Assembly (NCBI RefSeq): GCF_032444005.1
Contig: NC_091288.1
Span: forward strand, 55,862,001-55,926,000
Length of the DNA: 64,000 bases
Direction of reading: 5' to 3'
From: Ranitomeya imitator
Taxonomy: Eukaryota
Position numbers and translations under genes: made by a program. Under the pieces are notes generated by a model. The model ran no database searches. It was not told where the DNA came from and saw only the letters and a program-made list of their open reading frames with translations. Shown here in pieces: positions 51,456 to 62,382 of the stretch. The stretch's first letter is position 1. Each line of letters starts with the position of its first letter.

Positions 51456-51489
51456 CTGATGAAGGTCCAGTTGTGTGACCGAAACGTTT
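51456..51489 (+). ncRNA. Hammerhead-like motif, copy 3
   Basis: CTGATGAAGGTCCAGTTGTGTGACCGAAACGTTT in the inverted pLTR. Confidence 0.6.
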
Positions 51490-52389
51490 TCTGATTTGGG
51501 ATAATAAATCTTTCGTTTCTTCACACCACAAAGTTGAGTGCCGGGTTTTGTATTATTAGCTTCTTTAGCAATGACCTTTTGTGGCTTACCCGCCTTGTGG
51601 AGTGTGTCAATGACTGCCTTCTGGACATCTGTCAAGTCAGCAGTCTTCCCCATGATTGTGGAGCTACTGAAACAGACTAAGGGACCTTTTTAAACGCTTA
51701 GGATTAGGAAGCCTTTGCTGATGTATTTTGTTAATTATTCAATTATTCTAATTTTCTGAGATAACTTTTGGGTTTTCATTGGCTGTAAGTCATAATCACC
51801 AACATTAACAGAAATAAACACATGAAATAGATCACCCTGTTTATAATGACTCTATATATAGACTTTCACTTTTTGTATTGTGGAACTGTAATAAATGAGC
51901 AGTGCATGCTGTCAGGGGCGAGCAGTCATGTATGTGATCTGCATACTTCTGACGAGACGTGCGTGGCCTCGCACAATACAAGTGAATAGAGCCATGGCGG
52001 ACACGTCTAGTCTTCCCATGATAAATTGACTGTAGACTAGACCCCACAACCCCTTTAAATGGCATAATTGCGTTGTTTTGTTCATATTGACTCCCAAAAA
52101 ATGAATAAAAAGATATCAGAAAGTTACATGGAGCGCAAAACCGTGATCATAATACAGATCATAATAATACAAGTCCTGATACTCCGTTATAAATCTAAAA
52201 AATGGAAAAATTCTGTCTCCTGGAAGGAAAAATACAAGAAGGGGAGCAACGGGGGCTCTAATGCCTGAGGACCCGCACAGAGCTGCAGGGCATCTTTCTA
52301 CAGACCATATGGTACCCAGTGCAACACTGTTCCGAGTAGTGGGAACAGAGCAGATCTAAAAAAAAAAAACCGCACTGTATTCATATCAC

Positions 52390-52687
52390 GTGACGCCTGG
52401 AAAAAGTCTACAACAATATGGCCGCACAGAACACGCGGCTGCAGACATGATGTCTCCATAGTTACGAAATGTGAGGAAGGAACGCACCCTGTGGGGGGGG
52501 TGAAACGCAGTCCTACTGCGCATGCGCCATGTATCCATACAACGCCTAGTACTGTACCATCTCTCACGGCCAGGTGGCGCTCCCCCGCCTAGGCACACAC
52601 AGTACTTCCGGAGGAAGTGACGCAGCGTCAGGACTTCCCGGCGCTCAGCTGAGGTCTTATTTGAATCACGCTTTGGCAGGCAGAGTC
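52390..52687 (+). promoter_or_regulatory. NUP35: NUP35 CpG-rich housekeeping promoter
   Basis: NRF1-like TGCGCATGCGCC (52517-52528), CTCF-like GGCCAGGTGGCGCT (52568-52581), inverted ETS pair ACTTCCGGAGGAAGT (52604-52618). Motif matches only. Confidence 0.6.
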
Positions 52688-52715
52688 ATGTCCTCCTTCT
52701 CTCTGGACTCGCTGG
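52688..52715 (+). CDS. NUP35: Nucleoporin 35 (NUP53), coding exon 1
   Basis: ATG...MSSFSLDSL(G) then donor GTGAGT; resembles the vertebrate MAAF(S/A).E/D N-terminus; phase 1 fits exon 2. Confidence 0.8.
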
Positions 52716-53284
52716 GTGAGTAGAGGCCGGCAACTCGGTATCATGAGCGCTGTCGGCTACGGAAGCTGGATAGGGACAGACTTTATAGGATGTCATTGCC
52801 GCATTCTGTAGTGGAGCAGGTCCTGCCGGCTGTGTGGGGTTATGGCAGCCGGCACTCGGCTCCATCCACTCGCAGGGTACAGGCTGCCACACTTCCTGCT
52901 GACGGGTCTGCTGTCTCCCTCCCAGGGTGCCCTCACAGTGTTCATACACACTGCCCCTGACCTCCACATAATGGCCGCCTCTCGTGGCTGTCAGTGTTCC
53001 TGCTCACACAGCCGCCTCTAAATGTGCCATGTGCAGAGTTGCCCCTGTAGTGGGGGCGCCACATGCAGTGAACCCCCCACAAATGGGGCTTATCCCAGTG
53101 CAGATCCCGTGTCGCCCCCCCCGATGCTCTTCTGTGGATTTCACTGCAATACTCGGTGGATTACTCCACAAGAAACCGTGTGCGATTGGCCCGATCTGCA
53201 CGAATCGTACGAGAAATGTGGGAGATGCAGAATCCCCGTATATTATCTGCTGAATCTCGCCCCATGATAAATGCAAACTATTAA

Positions 53285-53772
53285 AGGGGTTGTCCGGCCT
53301 TGGGCTACAAGTCTGCAGTCACTGTGTATGTGACTCCTCACATTGCGGGCGGTCATGTGACTACAGGAATAGTTTGCATGCTCCGGCCACAGTCAGACTA
53401 GACTGTCAGCTTTGCTGAATACGCTTGTACTGAGCGAGGCTGCGCCCATCTAGATGGCACGTGACCGCAGGTATGCAAATCGCCTATTATGGTCACATGA
53501 TCGCTCGCACCAGAGAATCCTGACCGCGCACATGCTGTGACTCACATCTCTGCCGTCGCTCTTAGGCCAGGATCACACACAGCGAGATACGGCCGAGTCT
53601 CGCAGGTTAAAACCCAGCTCTGGCCCCGGCACTCCAGAGCGGAGCGTGCGGCCACATAGCAATACATGGAGCTGCGCGCTCCGTAGTCCCGGTGCCAGAG
53701 CTTGGTTTTAACCTGCGAGACTCGGCCGTATCTCGCTGTAGTGTGACTCTGGCCTAAGGCCGGACAGCCCCT
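53285..53772. mobile_element. TTAA-type (T2/Kolobok-like) MITE with a nested MITE (53565-53754)
   Basis: TTAA|AGGGGTTGTCCGG ... CCGGACAGCCCCT; the inner element has GGCC termini and TTA/TAA flanks. Confidence 0.7.
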
Positions 53773-54413
53773 TCTCAATCAGCACATTTGCCCCCTGTAA
53801 AATAACACTTAGGCTATATACACACGTTAATTATTTGGGGCAGATGGTTTTGAATCTCTTGGCAGGAAACGTGTTTTTTTTTTTTTTTTTTCTGCTGATT
53901 TTTCTCCAATCCATTAGTATGTGTGACGTTTGCAGCAAAAACGCTTAAAGAATTGACGTTCTGCATTGGAAAATCCCCAGTGAATGTGCATCGTGAGCTT
54001 TAACCCTACAGGAGAGACTAAGGCTTCGTGCACAATTCTTCTGTGTGCTATCCACTTATATTTTTTTCTCATACAGCAGATGGGCCGTACATTTTCATTG
54101 TTCCGTACACATGAGTCTTATAAATGGAGCTGCCTCTGATTCTTGACTCAGAGCAGATTGAGCTCATTAGTTCAGTAAACACGGCTGAAATGCGTGGCAG
54201 CACAAAGTTTGATTTCCGTATCAGTGTTTCATCCATATGTTTTTTTTTTTTTTTTTTTTTTTAACTTTTAATACCTGTTTCATCAAGAGCCAATGGATGA
54301 ATAAAAATGGAGTTTATTTTCACTTTTTAAAAGCGGTCAGTTTTAAACAATGTAAAAATCAGCAGGAATGTGTGAATGCCGTCTCACACGTCTCCATTGG
54401 CTCAGATAATGAC

Positions 54414-54722
54414 TAGTGATGAGCTAGTGTACTCGTTGCTCGGGTTTCTCCGAGCACGCTCGGGTGGTCTCCGAGTATTTGTGAGTGCTCGGAGATTTAG
54501 TTTGTCACCGCAGCTGAATGACTTATGGCTGCTAGCCAGGCTGAATATATGTGAGGATTGCTTGTTTGGTAGGGAATTCCCACATGTGTTCAGGCTGTCC
54601 AGCAGCTGTAAATCATGCAGCTGCGGCGAGGTTATCTAAATCTCCAAGCACTCACAAATACTCGCAGACCACCCGAGCGTGCTCTGGAAAACCTGAGTAA
54701 TGAGTATACTCGCTCATCGCTA
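54414..54722. mobile_element. hAT-type palindromic MITE
   Basis: TAGTGATGAGC / GCTCATCGCTA TIRs; perfect 8-bp TSD ATAATGAC. Confidence 0.85.
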
Positions 54723-55462
54723 ATAATGACGCCTCAAATTCCATGTGGTTTTCCGTCCTTAGAAGAAAGCTGTTAGTCATTTCATCTTGCTCGAGCCACA
54801 TTTAGCTGGAAACAAAGACTCTCTCCTTCATTAGAGAGCAGGATCTAGAGCCCGGACCCAAGACATGTCCGCAGAGCAGCTGCTTCTGGCTTCTCCGCTA
54901 CTTGACAGACCTCTCCATTCTTGTGTGTATGATCACTCTCTGCCCGTCCTGCAGAGCCTGAAGGTGCAGCTCGGGGTCTGACTGGTTTTTAAACTTTTAT
55001 GTTTTCTATTAAACAACCCATTTGGCACTATAGAGGAAATCCTAGCTGAGGATGCCTGACTGATTTCCTGTTGCCTATAGTTTAAGCAGCATTGAAGGGG
55101 TTTTCATCTATAATTTTTTTTTTTTTTTTTGCTTAGGTCACTTTTAATAATAAAGAAAATCCTGACATCTTGCAGTTTTCAGTCTGGTTACCCAACTTCA
55201 TAATAGACTGACACTTCCTGTTCTGCACAAATCTCTTCTCAGCAGTCTCATTATCATCACAGACAGGATTGCAATGAAAGGTGACACTTTGTATAAGTAA
55301 CACAGAATTCCACGTTCACAGTGGGTGATGGTCACATCTCACCTGCTTTCCCTTTCTGCACATAGTGCACCTAGAAAACTTTCCAATAGAAGTCAATGAG
55401 CATCTCCAGTCTTTCACGTCCTTTGGTTCATGCAGCTTCTCTAAAGCTTTGAATTAAAGTTA

Positions 55463-57301
55463 AGGGGTGGCCGGTCTACATTGATAAGTCTGGACCAGCG
55501 GTGATGTGTTCTGCATACTCCGGAGCAGAACCCGTCTACTGGGTGCAGCCTTGTTCCATATACTTATATAGAGCAAGGCTGTGCCCACTGGACTGTGCGT
55601 CGCTAGACGAGTATATGGAGCGAGGCTGTGCCCACTGGATGGTGCGTTGCTGGACGAGTGTGTGTGTGGAGCGAGGCTGCGTCGCTGGCCGAGTGTGTGT
55701 GTGTGGAGCGAGGCTGCGTCGCTGGCCGTGTGTGTGTGTGGAGCGAGGCTGCGTCGCTGGCCGAGTGTGTGTGTGTGTGGAGCGAGGCTGCGTCGCTGGC
55801 CGAGTGTGTGTGTGGAGCGAGGCTGCGTCGCTGGCCGAGTGTGTGTGTGGAGCGAGGCTGCGTCGCTGGCCGAGTGTGTGTGTGGAGCGAGGCTGCGTCG
55901 CTGGCCGAGTGTGTGTGTGGAGCGAGGCTGCGTCGCTGGCCGTGTGTGTGTGTGTGTGTGGAGCGAGGCTGCGTCGCTGGCCGTGTGTGTGTGTGTGTGT
56001 GTGGAGCGAGGCTGCGTCGCTGGCCGAGTGTGTGTGTGTGTGTGGAGCGAGGCTGCGTCGCTGGCCGAGTGTGTGTGTGGAGCGAGGCTGCGTCGCTGGC
56101 CGAGTGTGTGTGTGGAGCGAGGCTGCGTCGCTGGCCGAGTGTGTGTGTGGAGCGAGGCTGCGTCGCTGGCCGAGTGTGTGTGTGGAGCGAGGCTGCGTCG
56201 CTGGCCGAGTGTGTGTGTGTGGAGCGAGGCTGCGTCGCTGGCCGAGTGTGTGTGTGGAGCGAGGCTGCGTCGCTGGCCGAGTGTGTGTGCGGAGCGAGGC
56301 TGCGTCGCTGGCCGAGTGTGTGTGGAGCGAGGCTGCGTCGCTGGCCGAGTGTGTGTGTGGAGCGAGGCTGCGTCGCTGGCCGAGAGTGTGTGCGGAGCGA
56401 GGCTGCGTCGCTGGCCGAGTGTGTGTGTGGAGCGAGGCTGCGTCGCTGGCCGAGTGTGTGTGCGGAGCGAGGCTGCGTCGCTGGCCGAGTGTGTGTGCGG
56501 AGCGAGGCTGCGTCGCTGGCCGAGTGTGTGTGCGGAGCGAGGCTGCGTCGCTGGCCGAGTGTGTGTGTGTGGAGCGAGGCTGCGTCGCTGGCCGAGTGTG
56601 TGTGTGTGTGTGTGGAGCGAGGCTGCGTCGCTGGCCGAGTGTGTGTGTGTGTGTGTGTGTGTGGAGCGAGGCTGCGTCGCTGGCCGAGTGTGTGTGTGTG
56701 TGTGGAGCGAGGCTGCGTCGCTGGCCGAGTGTGTGTGTGGAGCGAGGCTGCGTCGCTGGCCGAGTGTGTGTGTGTGGAGCGAGGCTGCGTCGCTGGCCGA
56801 GTGTGTGTGTGTGGAGCGAGGCTGCGTCGCTGGCCGAGTGTGTGTGTGTGTGTGTGGAGCGAGGCTGCGTCGCTGGCCGAGTGTGTGTGTGTGTGTGTGG
56901 AGCGAGGCTGCGTCGCTGGCCGAGTGTGTGTGTGTGTGTGTGTGGAGCGAGGCTGCGTCGCTGGCCGAGTGTGTGTGTGTGTGTGTGTGGAGCGAGGCTG
57001 CGTCGCTGGCCGTGTGTGTGTGTGGAGCGAGGCTGCGTCGCTGGCCGTGTGTGTGTGTGGAGCGAGGCTGCGTCGCTGGCCGTGTGTGTGTGTGGAGCGA
57101 GGCTGCGTCGCTGGCCGTGTGTGTGTGTGGAGCGAGGCTGCGTCGCTGGCCGTGTGTGTGTGGAGCGAGGCTGCGTCGCTGGCCGTGTGTGTGTGGAGCG
57201 AGGCTGCGTCGCTGGCCGTGTGTGTGTGTGTGGAGCGAGGCTGCGTCGCTGGCCGTGTGTGTGTGTGTGTGTGTGTGTGTGGAGCGAGGCTGCGTCGCTG
57301 G

Positions 57302-57332
<31 letters not shown>

Positions 57333-60300
57333 GAGCGAGGCTGCGTCGCTGGCCGAGTGTGTGTGTGTGTGTGTGTGTGTGGAGCGAGGCTGCGTCGCTG
57401 GCCGAGTGTGTGTGTGTGTGTGTGGAGCGAGGCTGCGTCGCTGGCCGAGTGTGTGTGTGTGTGTGTGTGTGGAGCGAGGCTGCGTCGCTGGCCGAGTGTG
57501 TGTGTGTGTGTGTGGAGCGAGGCTGCGTCGCTGGCCGTGTGTGTGTGTGTGTGGAGCGAGGCTGCGTCGCTGGCCGTGTGTGTGTGTGTGTGGAGCGAGG
57601 CTGCGTCGCTGGCCGTGTGTGTGTGTGGAGCGAGGCTGCGTCGCTGGCCGTGTGTGTGTGTGGAGCGAGGCTGCGTCGCTGGCCGTGTGTGTGTGTGGAG
57701 CGAGGCTGCGTCGCTGGCCGTGTGTGTGTGGAGCGAGGCTGCGTCGCTGGCCGTGTGTGTGTGGAGCGAGGCTGCGTCGCTGGCCGTGTGTGTGTGGAGC
57801 GAGGCTGCGTCGCTGGCCGTGTGTGTGTGTGTGGAGCGAGGCTGCGTCGCTGGCCGTGTGTGTGTGTGTGGAGCGAGGCTGCGTCGCTGGCCGTGTGTGT
57901 GTGTGTGGAGCGAGGCTGCGTCGCTGGCCGTGTGTGTGTGTGTGTGTGTGTGGAGCGAGGCTGCGTCGCTGGCCGTGTGTGTGTGTGTGGAGCGAGGCTG
58001 CGTCGCTGGCCGTGTGTGTGTGGAGCGAGGCTGCGTCGCTGGCCGTGTGTGTGTGTGTGTGTGTGGAGCGAGGCTGCGTCGCTGGCCGAGTGTGTGTGTG
58101 GAGCGAGGCTGCGTCGCTGGCCGTGTGTGTGTGGAGCGAGGCTGCGTCGCTGGCCGTGTGTGTGTGGAGCGAGGCTGCGTCGCTGGCCGTGTGTGTGTGT
58201 GGAGCGAGGCTGCGTCGCTGGCCGAGTGTGTGTGTGTGGAGCGAGGCTGCGTCGCTGGCCGAGTGTGTGTGTGTGGAGCGAGGCTGCGTCGCTGGCCGAG
58301 TGTGTGTGTGTGTGTGTGGAGCGAGGCTGCGTCGCTGGCCGTGTGTGTGTGTGGAGCGAGGCTGCGTCGCTGGCCGAGTGTGTGTGTGTGGAGCGAGGCT
58401 GCGTCGCTGGCCGAGTGTGTGTGTGTGTGTGGAGCGAGGCTGCGTCGCTGGCCGAGTGTGTGTGTGTGTGTGTGTGTGTGTAGCGAGGCTGCGTCGCTGG
58501 CCGAGTGTGTGTGTGTGTGTGTGGAGCGAGGCTGCGTCGCTGGCCGAGTGTGTGTGTGGAGCGAGGCTGCGTCGCTGGCCGAGTGTGTGTGTGGAGCGAG
58601 GCTGCGTCGCTGGCCGAGTGTGTGTGTGGAGCGAGGCTGCGTCGCTGGCCGAGTGTGTGTGTGTGGAGCGAGGCTGCGTCGCTGGCCGAGTGTGTGTGTG
58701 GAGCGAGGCTGCGTCGCTGGCCGAGTGTGTGTGCGGAGCGAGGCTGCGTCGCTGGCCGAGTGTGTGTGTGGAGCGAGGCTGCGTCGCTGGCCGAGTGTGT
58801 GTGTGGAGCGAGGCTGCGTCGCTGGCCGAGAGTGTGTGCGGAGCGAGGCTGCGTCGCTGGCCGAGTGTGTGTGTGGAGCGAGGCTGCGTCGCTGGCCGAG
58901 TGTGTGTGCGGAGCGAGGCTGCGTCGCTGGCCGAGTGTGTGTGCGGAGCGAGGCTGCGTCGCTGGCCGAGTGTGTGTGCGGAGCGAGGCTGCGTCGCTGG
59001 CCGAGTGTGTGTGTGTGGAGCGAGGCTGCGTCGCTGGCCGAGTGTGTGTGTGTGTGTGTGTGTGTGTGGAGCGAGGCTGCGTCGCTGGCCGAGTGTGTGT
59101 GTGTGTGTGTGTGTGTGGAGCGAGGCTGCGTCGCTGGCCGAGTGTGTGTGTGTGTGTGGAGCGAGGCTGCGTCGCTGGCCGAGTGTGTGTGTGGAGCGAG
59201 GCTGCGTCGCTGGCCGAGTGTGTGTGTGTGGAGCGAGGCTGCGTCGCTGGCCGAGTGTGTGTGTGTGGAGCGAGGCTGCGTCGCTGGCCGAGTGTGTGTG
59301 TGTGGAGCGAGGCTGCGTCGCTGGCCGAGTGTGTGTGTGTGGAGCGAGGCTGCGTCGCTGGCCGAGTGTGTGTGTGTGTGTGGAGCGAGGCTGCGTCGCT
59401 GGCCGAGTGTGTGTGTGTGTGTGTGGAGCGAGGCTGCGTCGCTGGCCGAGTGTGTGTGTGTGTGTGTGTGTGTGGAGCGAGGCTGCGTCGCTGGCCGAGT
59501 GTGTGTGTGTGTGTGTGTGTGTGTGGAGCGAGGCTGCGTCGCTGGCCGAGTGTGTGTGTGGAGCGAGGCTGCGTCGCTGGCCGTGTGTGTGTGTGTGGAG
59601 CGAGGCTGCGTCGCTGGCCGTGTGTGTGTGTGTGTGTGGAGCGAGGCTGCGTCGCTGGCCGTGTGTGTGTGTGGAGCGAGGCTGCGTCGCTGGCCGTGTG
59701 TGTGTGTGGAGCGAGGCTGCGTCGCTGGCCGTGTGTGTGTGTGGAGCGAGGCTGCGTCGCTGGCCGTGTGTGTGTGTGGAGCGAGGCTGCGTCGCTGGCC
59801 GTGTGTGTGTGTGGAGCGAGGCTGCGTCGCTGGCCGTGTGTGTGTGGAGCGAGGCTGCGTCGCTGGCCGTGTGTGTGTGTGTGGAGCGAGGCTGCGTCGC
59901 TGGCCGTGTGTGTGTGTGTGTGTGTGTGTGTGGAGCGAGGCTGCGTCGCTGGCCGAGTGTGTGTGTGTGTGTGTGTGTGTGTGGAGCGAGGCTGCGTCGC
60001 TGGCCGAGTGTGTGTGTGTGTGGAGCGAGGCTGCGTCGCTGGCCGAGTGTGTGTGTGTGTGTGTGTGTGGAGCGAGGCTGCGTCGCTGGCCGAGTGTGTG
60101 TGTGTGTGTGTGTGGAGCGAGGCTGCGTCGCTGGCCGAGTGTGTGTGTGTGTGTGTGTGTGGAGCGAGGCTGCGTCGCTGGCCGAGTGTGTGTGTGTGTG
60201 TGTGGAGCGAGGCTGCGTCGCTGGCCGTGTGTGTGTGTGTGTGGAGCGAGGCTGCGTCGCTGGCCGTGTGTGTGTGTGTGTGTGTGTGGAGCGAGGCTGC

Positions 60301-61483
60301 GTCGCTGGCCGTGTGTGTGTGTGGAGCGAGGCTGCGTCGCTGGCCGTGTGTGTGTGTGGAGCGAGGCTGCGTCGCTGGCCGTGTGTGTGTGTGGAGCGAG
60401 GCTGCGTCGCTGGCCGTGTGTGTGTGGAGCGAGGCTGCGTCGCTGGCCGTGTGTGTGTGGAGCGAGGCTGCGTCGCTGGCCGTGTGTGTGTGGAGCGAGG
60501 CTGCGTCGCTGGCCGTGTGTGTGTGTGTGGAGCGAGGCTGCGTCGCTGGCCGTGTGTGTGTGTGTGGAGCGAGGCTGCGTCGCTGGCCGTGTGTGTGTGT
60601 GTGGAGCGAGGCTGCGTCGCTGGCCGTGTGTGTGTGTGTGTGTGTGTGTGGAGCGAGGCTGCGTCGCTGGCCGTGTGTGTGTGTGTGTGGAGCGAGGCTG
60701 CGTCGCTGGCCGTGTGTGTGTGGAGCGAGGCTGCGTCGCTGGCCGTGTGTGTGTGTGTGTGTGTGGAGCGAGGCTGCGTCGCTGGCCGAGTGTGTGTGTG
60801 GAGCGAGGCTGCGTCGCTGGCCGTGTGTGTGTGGAGCGAGGCTGCGTCGCTGGCCGTGTGTGTGTGGAGCGAGGCTGCGTCGCTGGCCGTGTGTGTGTGT
60901 GGAGCGAGGCTGCGTCGCTGGCCGTGTGTGTGTGTGGAGCGAGGCTGCGTCGCTGGCCGTGTGTGTGTGTGGAGCGAGGCTGCGTCGCTGGCCGAGTGTG
61001 TGTGTGTGGAGCGAGGCTGCGTCGCTGGCCGAGTGTGTGTGTGTGTGTGTGGAGCGAGGCTGCGTCGCTGGCCGTGTGTGTGTGTGGAGCGAGGCTGCGT
61101 CGCTGGCCGAGTGTGTGTGTGTGGAGCGAGGCTGCGTCGCTGGCCGAGTGTGTGTGTGTGTGTGGAGCGAGGCTGCGTCGCTGGCCGAGTGTGTGTGTGT
61201 GTGTGTGTGTAGCGAGGCTGCGTCGCTGGCCGAGTGTGTGTGTGTGTGTGTGGAGCGAGGCTGCGTCGCTGGCCGAGTGTGTGTGTGTGTGTGTGTGGAG
61301 CGAGGCTGCGTCGCTGGCCGAGTGTGTGTGGGGAGCGAGGCTGCGTCGCTGGCCGAGTGTGTGTGTGTGTGTGGGGAGCGAGGCTGCGTCGCTGGCCGAG
61401 TGTGTGTGTGTGTGTGGGGAGCGAGGCTGCGTCGCTGGCCGAGTGTGTGTGTGTGTGTGGGGAGCGAGGCTGCGTCGCTGGCC

Positions 61484-61518
<35 letters not shown>

Positions 61519-61540
61519 GAGCGAGGCTGCGTCGCTGGCC

Positions 61541-61577
<37 letters not shown>

Positions 61578-61599
61578 GAGCGAGGCTGCGTCGCTGGCC

Positions 61600-61632
<33 letters not shown>

Positions 61633-62119
61633 GAGCGAGGCTGCGTCGCTGGCCGAGTGTGTGTGTGTGTGTGTGTGTGTGGAGCGAGGCTGCGTCGCTG
61701 GCCGAGTGTGTGTGTGTGTGTGTGTGTGTAGCGAGGCTGCGTCGCTGGCCGAGTGTGTGTGTGTGTGTGGAGCGAGGCTGCGTCGCTGGCCGTGTGTGTG
61801 TGTGGAGCGAGGCTGCGTCGCTGGCCGAGTGTGTGTGTGTGTGTGTGTGTGTGTGGAGCGAGGCTGCGTCGCTGGCCGAGTGTGTGTGTGTGTGTGTGTG
61901 TGTGTGGAGCGAGGCTGCGTCGCTGGCCGAGTGTGTGTGTGTGTGTGGAGCGAGGCTGCGTCGCTGGCCGTGTGTGTGTGTGGAGCGAGGCTGCGTCGCT
62001 GGCCGTGTGTGTGTGTGGAGCGAGGCTGCGTCGCTGGCCGAGTGTGTGTGTGTGTGGAGCGAGGCTGCGCCGCTGGCCGAGTGTGTGTGTGTGTGTGGAG
62101 CGAGGCTGCGTCGCTGGCC

Positions 62120-62150
<31 letters not shown>

Positions 62151-62209
62151 GAGCGAGGCTGCGTCGCTGGCCGAGTGTGTGTGTGTGTGGAGCGAGGCTG
62201 CGTCGCTGG

Positions 62210-62240
<31 letters not shown>

Positions 62241-62378
62241 GAGCGAGGCTGCTCACAGTAGGCTGGTTCTGGCTCAGAAACTGGCTAATCCTCGTGCACA
62301 GTGCCTGCGCTGGGGGGTTTCCTAAGTCTACAGTCACAGAGTGACTGCAGATTTATTGATTTAGACCGAATAACCCCT
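55463..62378. mobile_element. TTAA-type MITE expanded to about 6.9 kb by an internal minisatellite
   Basis: Left end AGGGGTGGCCGGTCTA; right end (reverse complement) AGGGGTTATTCGGTCTA followed by TTAA. Confidence 0.7.
55617..62252. repeat. Compound minisatellite GGAGCGAGGCTGCGTCGCTGGCC(GA)(GT)n, roughly 170-180 units
   Basis: Constant 23-nt core with variable GT tracts. The unit count is estimated from total length. Confidence 0.95.
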
Positions 62379-62382
62379 TTAA

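Larger units (their letters stand above)
42648..51557 (-). mobile_element. Neptune-type Penelope-like retroelement: partial tandem plus inverted 5' copy
   Basis: 16-bp TSD AGCTTCTTTAGCAATG (42632-42647 and 51558-51573); pLTR copies at 42648-44274, 47296-48936 and (inverted) 49974-51557; inversion junction at about 49322. Confidence 0.93.
41551..51900 (-). mobile_element. Tc1 transposon split by the PLE (41551-42647 and 51558-~51900)
   Basis: Transposase start MGKTADLTDVQKAVIDTLHK at 51653 continues across the insertion (RKKCGRKRCTSNRD; SVMVWGAMS); TIR CAGGTGCTTCTCACAAAATTAG at 41551. Confidence 0.88.

Noticed and set aside
55617-62252. CRISPR-like pattern of constant repeat plus variable spacer
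   Set aside because: The spacers are only (GT)n tracts, there are no cas genes, and the context is eukaryotic.
55501-62344. ORFs of 951-2244 aa on both strands
   Set aside because: Translations of a stop-poor minisatellite inside an intron; no domain content.
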